Shown here piece after piece: positions 39,636 through 51,641 of a stretch of 64,000 nucleotides of DNA. The notes beneath the pieces were generated by a model. The model saw only the letters and a list, made by a program, of their open reading frames with translations, made no database searches and was not told where the DNA came from. Made by a program: the position numbers and the translations under genes. The stretch comes from Kudoa neothunni (taxonomy: Eukaryota > Animalia > Cnidaria), in contig OZ199838.1 in assembly GCA_964304625.1 (NCBI GenBank), positions 5,996,443 to 6,060,442 of the forward strand, in the 5' to 3' direction. Every line of letters begins with the position of its first letter. Position 1 is the first letter of the stretch.

Positions 39636-41650
39636 ATGATTGTCGCATTTATATTTCTCACGTTATTCTATAGGGGTAATATTTTGTGACACGGAGATGT
39701 CTAATTAGTCATATAGTTCAACTCCACAGATATCACATCATAAGAAATAACGATTTGCAAAACAATGTCATCCACTTGACTCTAGAAGGAAATCCCAACC
39801 ATCAATGTCACATCAAATTATTCACGCAATCTGAAGATCATTATTATTATAAAGATGTGAGTTGTGGTAATAAAAGGATCTGTGAGGTTCCTTGCAACGG
39901 AGAGTACACTATTTCTACCGATACTATTGCTCCTCACCACTATTTGCAAATAGCTTCTAAAGCCAAGACAGACTACCTCAAAGTTGCTCACAGTAGATTT
40001 GCGATGAGTTAAGTACTTGGTTTAATTTTCTGTAGGCACCTCATCCATACCTTTCTCCAAATATTTCTTTGATAGTACGACTGTGTCGTTTGTCAATAAA
40101 CACTTATGTAGGGATTCGTCCAAACCTGTTTGTTATATAAGATCCGGTCAGTTTGTTGTTTCGAGTTACTCCCACGATTCGCATCCTGAATGTGGCGGCG
40201 AGTACATTCTAAGCTCATACTATAATATTTACAATAAACCTCTCGAGCTCTTTTGTGGTCCTCATTATCCCAAAATTTTCTTCGATAAGAATCTGCTATT
40301 AAACAACAAACAAAACCTACTAAACCGATACCCTGTGAGAATTTCTACAAATACAACTAGTACAAAAATAGACATCAAATTTGATGAGCCTATTCTTGAC
40401 ACTATTTGCAGATTTGAAATAGCCAAAAAAGATGGTTCACTCAGTTCTAAATGCGAGGTAACTACCGATGCAGATAACTGTTATCAATCATGTCAAAATG
40501 TTACTATGGAACTAGAACATACACCTGCGAGTGATAAAATAATGAAAGTTAAAATATCTACCAGAGACAAAACAATTCAGCCTCTACTAATGTCAAGTAA
40601 TTTTAATATTATAATAATTTTTACTGATTTAAATTAGCCGATAAGAAGGATATTGACATAACAGAAATTACGAGGTCATCAGCCATTGTTAAGGTTTCTG
40701 CACTACATGATAGCACTGCCCAATGCAAGGTGAGATTGTTTTTTCAAGAAAATTATGTGAAAGTAGAAGCCAATCGTGTTGGATTAGAGAGTCGAACTAG
40801 CTTTGGCTCATGCCAGCCTGATATAAAATTAGTTTCACTTATTGCTGATACAAAGTATGTTGTAAGTGTGCAGTACAAAGCCCAATCTTCTGACTCTGAC
40901 TCTGACATAATACACATAAATAAAATGTTTCAAACTCGTATGACAAAGAATTCTGATTAGAATGTTATAATATTTTTAATAGCTAAATTGGATGCTTTTA
41001 CTCCGGATTATACGATTTATCCTCATAATGTTGTCATCAATCCGCAACCCATATGGATAGAAGATTATCAAGCAGAATGCATGATTATGCAAAAACTAGG
41101 AACTACAGGAGAATTCATTGGATCGACATGTGAGGAATCCTTAAACTGTTTGGGTTTGTGCAGCTCAGTATTTACCGTGACAAGTTTGAAACCAGGAACA
41201 GATTACACATTTAAAGTTGTTCCTTTAAGTTTATATGCGGTCTCAGATACTTTAACCAAAATTGTCCAAACAAGTATAACCTAAATATTAATAACATTTA
41301 TATTATTTTTAGTGTCCGAGTTTATAAAAGTAAACGTTCAGTACAAATGGACAGACAATAATTTAGAAATATCAACTGAAGTAAAGGTTAAAACGGATGG
41401 AATATGTGACCTTATGTTTGTGGATAAATCCGTAGAAAATGAGGTTAAAATACTCGCAGTTTATGACGAAAAAAATGATTGGAATGAATCATGCAACACT
41501 ATAATAACATTCTTTGATGTTCCTGAATACAAATCGGCTACTGTGATCGTAAAATCAAGATATAGAGGAGAACCAACAGAGTTAAACCTCTTCGAGTCAC
41601 CTACCACTACTGATACCCCAGATCAAACAACAAAATCAACGGAAGCATAA
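39636..41650 (+). CDS. Gene A copy 1: secreted Cys-rich protein of about six FN3-like modules, no TM; 6 exons, all introns phase 1
   Basis: Signal-peptide exon MIVAFIFLTLFYR, then introns of about 41-45 nt. FN3-like motifs SLIADTKYVVSV and SLKPGTDYTFKV. It ends in a Thr/Pro-rich tail PTTTDTPDQTTKSTEA* with no hydrophobic anchor. Confidence 0.85.
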
Positions 41651-43341
41651 TATATTGACGATATATTATGCGAAAATGATATTTTTTAAGAAATAAGATG
41701 CAAATTAATATTATTCTGAATTTTCAACAAACTTTTTCGAATTATAGTTAAAATTATTTCGTCCAATATTATGTTATAACTTTTGAGAATTTAGGTTTTT
41801 TCCTTGCAAAACTATATAAAAATTATAATATTATGTTATTAGTATGCGAAGTTTATGTATGGACATTATTAGTTTCAATATTACAAACAACTTTAATGAC
41901 CAGTCTATCAGTTTAATGAGATATTTTTTTTGTCACATTAAAGAAACTAAAAAATTTATTACATTAATGTATATGATAGATATAATTATTTTATAACAAC
42001 AATTCCCATAAACGAATAGTTATCAAAGACAGATATAAAACATAGGACTCATACATTATGCAATAAAGTATATTCTGTGAGAATACGTTACTTTTTCCAT
42101 ATTTTATTGGTCAATTCATTAATTACATTATTCTCACCCCAAATAAAATATGATAAATTTTTTGAATAATAAATGAATTATTCAGTGTCAATCATATCTA
42201 ATTTCATCACGATTAATCGCTTCATTAATTATATTTGGGTCTCAAGAGGGATGTTTATGGGTGCAAATAAATAGAGTTTTAAAAACTATGGATATAAATC
42301 TTCAAGTTTATATTAGTTGAAACTATCAATAATTTATAATAACATTAACATAAGGACGAGAAAATTTTAATAAATTATGTGTCAATAATTTTTGAAGACC
42401 TCATTCGTCAACCCTAAAATGGAATAGAAAAGGTTTTGTAGTCATGCTGTAAATATATTATGATTGTAAATTTAGACATGAGAATATTTAATAGATTATT
42501 AATTTACAATTAAAATAAAAATTTATACACAAATAAAAAATGAGAGAGGATTTTGAAAACTGTTGTGCAACTTGTCGATTCATATGCAGCAGATAACTTG
42601 GCTCCTCTTGATAGTACTTCGTTTTCATTTCAATTAATTATGGTATATAACATATAATTCCACTTAACAACTAAAATTCATAGTTTTAATTAGTCAAAAA
42701 ATTTAGTTATCTATTATATAAAAATCTTATATTTGATTAAAATAATTGCATTATAAAAATTGAATTTTCATATAATAAACAGAAAAATTATCATATATAA
42801 TGGAAGATACCACCATTTTCCAGATAATTTTATTATCTAAATAATTCGAATATTTCAACAATAAATGTATAAGATAACGATTTTATTAAGAAAAAAGTAC
42901 TTTAATGAAGTATAAATAAATTACAAGAGCTTAATAATACGTAATGGAATATAACATTTTATTTCAGTTAGTTACAAATTTTATTTGTAACTCATTTTCT
43001 TGAAATAAAACTCATATCGACTTTTACCACGTTAAAATAAAATGGATTAAGAACATAATTACAAATTTATTATGTATGGGTACTTTGATTACGAAACAAA
43101 TAAATTATTGAGCAAAAAATATCAATCTAAAGTAGCAAGCAATTTAGGCTTGATATATACCTAATGTTTTTCTTGTTATCCTTAATGAATGAAAGTAAAA
43201 TTCAGATGAAGGTTTAGATGCTGAATTCAATCGTTTATAATCCATGAATGAAAAGGAACGATTCTCGTGGTATTTCTAATCGTATTTAATCATAAGTTGT
43301 ATTAAATTATTGTATTTATTAAGACAAAATAAACAATAAGG

Positions 43342-45598
43342 ATGATAATAATTACTTTTTTTCTTTTTACGTTGTGTTGCAGAAGTACAATTTGAATTGT
43401 GGAATTTTGTCATATTTTTTAGTTCGTTCGCATAAATACTACGTAGAACGCGACCAATTAAATTCAGAGGATCTAATCCATCTTAAACTTGAAGGAAATT
43501 CAGGAAGAAAATGCGAAATTAGACTATTAGACAAGAATAATCATTTCTACAACTATGTGCATAGTGGTGAAATGGAAAATGATGTTCACACCATTCCTTG
43601 CAATGGAAGATACATCATTTCAACTGGAACTGCCTCTCCTATATACTATGTACAAATAAAATCAAAATCTGAAATTGAGACACTCAAAGTGGTTCATAGT
43701 AAATCGCTTTTTTATGTTTGAATTTAATATTTCATTAGCATTGGATAAGACACCTGAAACTGAATTCAAAGTAAATGCTGACTCGATTGAGTTCACAACA
43801 AAAAATATCTGTAGTCATCCTCAAACTTGCACACTAACCAGTGGAGATAAAATACTTGATAAATTCATCCCCAAAAATGACACTGAATGCAACGCTGAAA
43901 CTAAACTCACTGGGTTCTTCGATTCAGTAAAGGCTGACTCAGTCAAACTATCTTGTGGGAGCAACCAACCAAATATCCACATGTATAAACAAAACAACAA
44001 AATTGTGGAGTTTAATCCAATGGAAAAATATCCCTTCCGTATAAGCAAAAAAAATGCAGAGACCAACAAGATTACAATTACTTTCGACGAAGATATTAGG
44101 GATGAAATTTGCTTGTTTGAAATAAAAAAGAAGAGTGAAAACGGTGATTTTACAAAAAAATGCTCTGTGACTGGCGATGGGGATTGTTATCAACTATGCA
44201 CTGAAGTTACCATGGATCTGACTTTTTCAGATGCAACGGACAAGGACTTTAAAGTAAAAGTATCGACTAGAAATCATTCTGGTGAAGAAAAAACTTTAAG
44301 ACGTAAAATATAATTTGAAATACTTTAAATTTAAAAAAAAATAGTTGGAAAAGGTGACCTTCCAGTCCAACCTAAAGAAACGTCTGCAGCTATCTCTGTT
44401 GGCACTCTAAAAGAAGCTACAGGTATTACAACTTGCACAATTGAAGTGAGGAAACAAGAATACCCAAAGATTACTATTGATGCTAAGTGTGACGCAGAAT
44501 TAAAGAACCCATGCCCAGCGACTTGCCCAGAAACCGCAACTATTTATGGGTTGGAACAAAACACCAAATACATTGTGAAAGTAACCTATGCTGGTGGTAG
44601 TGAATCCTACATTGCAGAGAAACTCTTTACAACAGGTAATAAAAGAACTAAATTATTTACCTCATCCGAATTTAGATAGCTATAACATGACACAAGCACC
44701 GGTGATAACATCGTACTACGAGCACGTAAAAATGACCATAGCGCCAAAAACTACTTTGTTTGACGGGGTTTATTGCAAAATTCTGCAAAAATTGAATGGC
44801 CAAAATGATTTAAGCCCATCTGAATGTGAGGAGTCAATTGACTGCTATGGTTTATGTGGAGAACCGATGACAATCAAAAATCTTTTATCTGATACCGAAT
44901 ATCAATTCAAATATTTTTTCGACAAATACGTTGGTGACTTGCCTAAAAACATAGTGACTGTTAAAACCAGTAAAAATAACTCAAGTATACACGAATAAAA
45001 CTGATTAAGGTGATAAACTCGAAAAACTCAACGTGACATACGCATGGAGAGGTTCCGATTTAATCGTAACAACAAACTTGGAGTCATCAGAAGAAAAACA
45101 TATCTGTGACTTTACATTTGTAGACACTATGGAAGGGGACATAAATTTCGTTTTTGGGATATATGATAAAACCACCGATTGGGATGGCAAATGCAACAAG
45201 GAAGTCACTTTTTACAACGCTCTGTCCTATAAACAAGGATTAATGAAAGTACAAGCAAGATATGTCAGTGAGCCAGTCATAGTTGATTTTTCTGCCCCAA
45301 TAACCCAAGAACAAAAGGATTTGGTTAATCCTGAAACTAATGAACACGGTAAACTTTTTTAATGAGGGTTAGATAATCCAATAATAATTCTGTAGGAACA
45401 TCTGATGGGTAAACTCATATTATATTATTTGATTAGTTTATACTAACTATAATTTAGTGCTTCTACTGGCGGAACTAAAGTTATGTAATTTAATTGGTGT
45501 GATTCAAACATTCAATGTTGTTTAGGCTGGTTGTTGGTGGAGTTATTATAGCCCTGCTTGTGTGTGTCATTGGTTTTATGGTATTCAGGAAGAAATAG
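43342..45598 (+). CDS. Gene B copy 1: type I membrane paralogue of gene A; 9 exons including 13-nt and 27-nt micro-exons
   Basis: Signal peptide MIIITFFLFTLCCR. Same intron positions and motifs as gene A (IHLxLEGN, PCNGxYxIST, ICxFEIxKK, CYQxC, CEESxxCxGLC). C-terminus ...GTKVMLVVGGVIIALLVCVIGFMVFRKK*. Confidence 0.87.
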
Positions 45599-46350
45599 AT
45601 GAGTTCAATTCTTCCATAGATCTTTCTTAAAATGGCGAACACATACAGGAACCGAATACACACTTATTTGTAGTCGTCTGATTATTATTATTATTATTAT
45701 TGTTACTTTTAATTTTGTGAGATGGGATTATTTCAAACATGTTTCATGCTGATTATAGGATATTATTATTTCTTTAATCAGTAAAATTTTGTATTAATCA
45801 AACATGATTTATATCATTAAATATTTAAAATTATTAGACGTCTTTTCTCGGTCTTTATATATAATTTCTCTTAACTCGTTCGACTCGCTCCACCTTAATT
45901 TTTTACATTAACCCTCCAATTATATTGGGGTCAATATGACCCTAGATTTTTATTTGATGAATTTGATAAATTTTTATAATCACAATGGTAAAATATTAAA
46001 AAATTCCGAATGATTGAATTCCGAGTAAAACGATATTAACCCTGGCTGTACGAGGCGAGGTCACTCAGTGACCCCAAAAAGCGTCTTATCTTCATATCTC
46101 CTAAAAAATAATTTTCTCCTCATTTGACCCCGTGAATGCTTCTTTGACGATATGTTTCTCATTTTAAAATAATTTTATATTAAAGTTTTTAAATCGTTTA
46201 TATACCTATATTTCACTACAGATATCAAATTCTAACAGCAATAATCAATGTAATCTAGACGTAAATTTCTGGATTTTCGTTTTTTTTAATTTGTGGTATT
46301 ATTCGTTCTCACTTTATTTTGAGAAGTAATTAACATTCTCTTATCAATAA

Positions 46351-47010
46351 CTAGCGCAAAAGCTCCGCTTCGCATGGGCTTCCTTTCCCGGCTAAGTAGA
46401 CTAAAGCCTTGAGTAGGCCAAGATCATTTGAAGTTCAAAGATTACCCAATTAACGGATGATTTATTTAACTAATTGGACGCATGAACCTTATTTAATATT
46501 TTTAAAAACGAATAAACACTACTGAGCGTTCAAAATTTCCTCTTTAGAGCTCCTAAAAAATTGATTTTCTTCTTGCTGTTTGTGGTAATTTCTAAATCAT
46601 ACCATATGAATTGGACTAATCTTGTTACACATTAACAAATGAGTTTCATATTAATGATTGATTACATAACCTAATATTACCTTCTTTATTTGAACCAATT
46701 CAATTACTAAATTACTTTTCAATAATTTTAAAGTAAAATAAAAACAACGGTATATTTAAAATTAACTTTTAAATCTTTAATGAAATGATCTATATGCTTG
46801 CATAAATCTTCAAATCAAACCAATCATACCACGTGAAAATGTTTTTAGTCATTTTGCAGGATGCAAATCCTTTATAATTTTTTAAGTATTTTTCTGTGTT
46901 AAATAAAATTCTATCTTTCCATATATGTTCTCGAATGGAGTGATATATCGCTCTATAAAGAATGAAAAATGCCTACACACACGGATTACCGGTTTGCTTT
47001 ATATAGTAGA
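46351..47010 (-). mobile_element. Non-autonomous Helitron (3' end shared with the 13926 family)
   Basis: The minus strand begins TCTACTATATAAAG...gtgtgtgt and ends gcccatgcgaagcggagcttttgcgCTAG|T. Confidence 0.72.
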
Positions 47011-48159
47011 CTAGCGGGAATTGCCCGGCGTTGCTTGGGAGTAATAAGCACTGAAAAATTTCTTAATAACATTCAAAAAAGGTATTAATGTTCAAATTGA
47101 CCTATAGATTTAATCAAATTAAAAATTGTTGTTAAACTCATATTTTAACGACTGTGAATATGAAATTTTAATTATTATTTTTTCTGTGAAGGGATGTACC
47201 AATCCCGGCGTTCATTCAAAAATTTTTGGGCTCGACACCAAAACTAAATAATTTAACGTCAATGTCGTATTTAATTTGCATTCCCGAATTATTTAAATTC
47301 CCTTAAGTGCTATGTAAAACGTTATTTTGTGATCCTGGGGTTTTTAAATGTTGAATTCTGGCCTAACAGAAATTTTTTGCACCACAGTTTACGGGAGACA
47401 AATAAATAGAAAAAGATATAGAGCTAAAATAAAACAAAAGAAAATTAATTGTTATTGCTCATAGCAATATCCTTTGGCCCCGAATAAACTTTCATGCGCT
47501 TTTCCCCATAAGCAGCCACAAATCGCGTCAACTTCAACATAAAAAATTTAAATATTTGGTTTAAATAAAAATACAACCATCTGAATTGAATTCAATCACA
47601 GAAAGTTAAACTTAGAGGGTGACTTCAATAAAATCTACGGACATGATGCTTGTATTATAAAGTTTCAATCTAGCTGATTATAGAATTTCTTACTAAATCG
47701 CTATTAATGATGAAAACATACTTTTCCCATATTTTAAACCAATAATAGAACTTTTAAAATATACTTATCAAGTCATATACGTTAAAACTCCACAAATAAG
47801 AAGTGTATATGCAAAAACCCCAAAATATACACGCCAAAATTATATAAAAAGTCCGATAGCGACAGTTAATCAACATTTGATTGAGCATATAAAGGGGAAA
47901 ATTAACTTCAACCAACCATCCGCAGGTCATAATTGGGGTTAATCCTATTGTTGAACCCAAGTAATCCGATAAACAAACTTTGAATTGGCAGAATCACCAT
48001 TTTCTGAACATTTGGTAATGTGAAAACGATTTAAATATTTTGGAAACATTGTGATTTTTTAAAAATTACATATATGTCTCTCTATAAGGAAAAAATTTTG
48101 ACGAGCATGTGTACTTGCTGACACACAAACGGACACTTCAGCTTTATATTTATAGTAGA
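47011..48159 (-). mobile_element. Second non-autonomous Helitron, head-to-tail with the previous one
   Basis: The minus strand begins A|TCTACTATAAATATAAAG...tgtgtgtc and ends cccaagcaacgccgggcaattcccgCTAG, directly abutting the TC of the next element. Confidence 0.72.
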
Positions 48160-48818
48160 TAATACAAAACTCAAAAAATGTAATTTATTGGATTAGTGGA
48201 AAACTTTGTCTATGAAGACAATTTTTTAAGAATGGAAATCAGTATATAATAAACAGTAAGACTTTTGGAACACATGATGAATCTTTAGGAATTAAGTTAC
48301 GGTTTGGTCAAAAAAAGGTAAACTCAACATATGGTATTCTATACTAAAGATTAAGTTGAACCGACTTATTTCGATTTGTGACAATGTAAAAATTTACAAG
48401 TTATTTTTAGGAGTCGAGTTTCTAAGTTTTCGTTTTATTAATTTTCTTAAAATAAATTATGAAAAATTTGGGGAATTATAATGTGCGTAAGAGGGTGTTT
48501 TTTAGTTAACAGCTTTGTCTGTAATTAAAAGGATTAAGATCACGTAAATTATAACTCTGTACCAGTATGATCAACTTTCAAAAGAGTACTATAAATTGAA
48601 TTTTTTGCATAGATTAATATACATCATATTTTATAAAACCCATAAAATTTATATAAATCAAATTGTAATAGCATATTTGCATTTTTTAAGGTAGAAGGTT
48701 AAGGAAGTACTTAAAAGAACCCCTATATTATAGATCAAATGGACTACGTTTAAGATTTGTTGCTTTAAGCCTAAGAATTAAACTATACTTATGCATTGGT
48801 TTATTGTTTTAAATAAAA

Positions 48819-50292
48819 ATGAAAGAAAATGTAAAGTCGATTGTTAGAAATTATTTTTCATAAGTTGATGAAATCAATTCAAAGTGGTGTTGTAAATGTG
48901 GGAAGGAAAGAATTCAAAAAAACGCAGGATGGAAAAATCTTTTTAATCATGTTAAAAGCCAGCACAAAGATTATCTCAAGTCAATTGAAACGCCAACAAT
49001 ATTGAATAATTTTGGGATGGTGCCAGAAGTTACAAAAAAGGGTAGCACCATTTACAGATGTTTAAATTGTGTTTGTTGTACATGTAAACTATTTCATTTT
49101 GTAGAAAATGAATTCACTCGTTTGTATGGCAACCTAGAGACAATTTCAGTCAAAACGTTTAAAAAATATTTCGAATTAGTTACAAAGGAGGTCGGCATAA
49201 AAATAAAAGATCCGTTCCCCCCCCCTCCATTTTAGATGGGTGGACGAAAAATTACACCCATTATATCGGCATTTTTGCTACTTTTAAATCACCAAATTCG
49301 AACGGCTATGAAGTATTTCTTTTAACGTTTTTTCCATTGTTGACAGAGACAACATTTGCAGAAAATGATCATTATGATCTTCTAAAATTTGTTTTGAGTA
49401 TATATGGGAAATCTTTTTCCAATATAATATCAATAAGTGAAGACATTGCTGAAGTTAATAAAGCTTTAGCGAATCTATGTCAAGTCACGTTAATTGGATA
49501 TGCTTCGTATCGTTTAAATTTGGCCGTCTTGAAATTCTTGAAACCCCACGAAAACTTAATTCAAAGAGTGCATAATTTAATGGGAAATTTAAAGAATCTA
49601 AAAAATTCGGGATTGTTGCGAACCTTTACAAACCTAAGGCCGAAACAAAAAAATGAGACCAGATGGTCAAGTACTTCTGAAATGTTTGAAATGTACGAAA
49701 AGTTAAAAGTTTTTTTTCTGACTCTGCTGAAAAAAGTTCGAATGATCATTCGCTATCACCGAGAGAAAATATGAATATATCTTAATTATTAATTCATCTG
49801 AAAAAGTTTAACTCGATTTCATTGATCCTTCAAAAAGAAAGTGTTACGTTGGCTGAAACGCGATATTTGTTTGATGAACTTATCCTCATATACTCCTGCT
49901 TGGATGAATCACTTGGTGCCAACGCCAAAATCATTCACCCTCCAACTTTTGAAAAAGCGATATATAAAATTCAGGAGGAAAGGTTGGATGAGATGACTTA
50001 TGAGGAACAAAATGAAGTTTGGGATTTGAAAATAAATACATCCAATCCCACGGAAGAAATTGAATCTTTAACTATATGTGATGATTTTTCCCTTAACGTA
50101 TTAAGAAAAAGGAAGATGGAGAAAAAATTTATTCCTACCTGCTATATGGATACTAGATTCATCCTTCTAACCTCTAATATTGATGAGCGCTTTTTCAGCA
50201 ATGCTGGCTACGTCTCTAACGACTCTAGTCAAAGTTCATTGTATTCAAATTTAGAAATGAAAATTTTTTTAAAGGCAAACCGTAAACTGTGA
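48819..50292 (+). pseudogene. Decayed hAT transposase with BED-type zinc finger
   Basis: WCCKCGKERIQKNAGWKNLFNHVKSQH, DGWT, YASYRLNLAV (CxxH-derived), TRWSST and TSNIDERFFS are spread over frameshifted ORFs. Confidence 0.85.
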
Positions 50293-51641
50293 AACGAAAA
50301 ACTTGTTTCCAAAATTGTTTCTTCGAACTCAAGTATATAATTTTAATTTTATTTTCGATTTGCCACTGCGAACTTTTTAGATTCCTCGCTAAGCCCAGAC
50401 ATTATGCTTAGAAATAAAAACTAAAACAAAACAACCACAGGACTAATAATAAAGTTTTTATGCGATCCCACCGAGAATAAATTGGAGTAGATTATGCCAC
50501 ACACGCCATAATAAAATTAACAGTATTATACCGTGCTTATGAATATGCTATAGTTAATTCGGATAATTTTAGAAGAACGATCAAATTACTTTTCTTCTAA
50601 CAGCTATAACACAAACTCTACTTTAAAAAATTTTTTTTGGTTATTTTTATATTTGTCCTCTTTTATTTTTTTCGCTATAAGTAACAATAGATTAATATAT
50701 CTTTTATTAATGCGAGTCTATCTCAGATATTCTTTTATCGCATTTAGGAAGATAGCTAAATCGCAGTTTACTATTAATAATTCATATTTTGTTATAATAT
50801 ATTGATAAAAGAAATATTTTGATATTGAAATTAAAAACGCATAAGTAATTAACTTATTCTTTTGTGATAATTTTTTAGAATAATTTTCACAACTATTTAT
50901 ACCTTATTTGGATTTTTCATTACTGTTTAATGGCGCTTAAAAATTTATTATTAATTGGAAAATAAGCAAAATCATTTTCAAGCGTGGAATGCAAGATGAT
51001 TAGTCGTAATATAAATAATTTTTTATATAATGAAATAATTATTAAATGAAAATTCATTAAATTATTTTGTTATTAGACCATTAAAAAATTTTTTAGATAA
51101 ATTTCAATTAATTGAAATAATTGATTGTGACAAATCGAAAAAAATCAATTATTTCCAGGCCCTGCTTAAAATGTGAAATTTTGATGACTCAACTAATTTA
51201 TTATTGCATATTATATTTATTTGTATATAAACCAAGGTTATACAATTTACGATATTTTATTCGGAGGTATTATCCTATAATGAATAGCTTCGCACATTCA
51301 GATGTAACAATTTATTATTCATTTATAATTACGGCTGACACATTTTCACTGCTTTAGGTACAGTTTAATTTTAAATTTCAGTTATCTTTATTTGAGAATG
51401 TTTTTTTAAAAAATGTACCCTTATATACTGTATGATTCGGTATTCATGTTTATTTGCTAAATCTTTTTATATCTTTAACTATTTATTTTAATCTTTAAAG
51501 AGTTTTTACTTTGTATATATTTAAGATAAATAATAAATTATCTAAACTTTGAATTATTTGTTTTTCTATTCACTTCGATATTAATATCTACTTTCGCTAA
51601 TCCTTATTGAATTCATTACTTACAGCGTTCGATCCAAAACC

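Larger units (their letters stand above)
39230..45856 (+). repeat. Segmental duplication, copy 1 (gene A + gene B cassette)
   Basis: Collinear with about 51230-59382; offset is about 12006 for gene A and 13529 for gene B. Confidence 0.95.
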
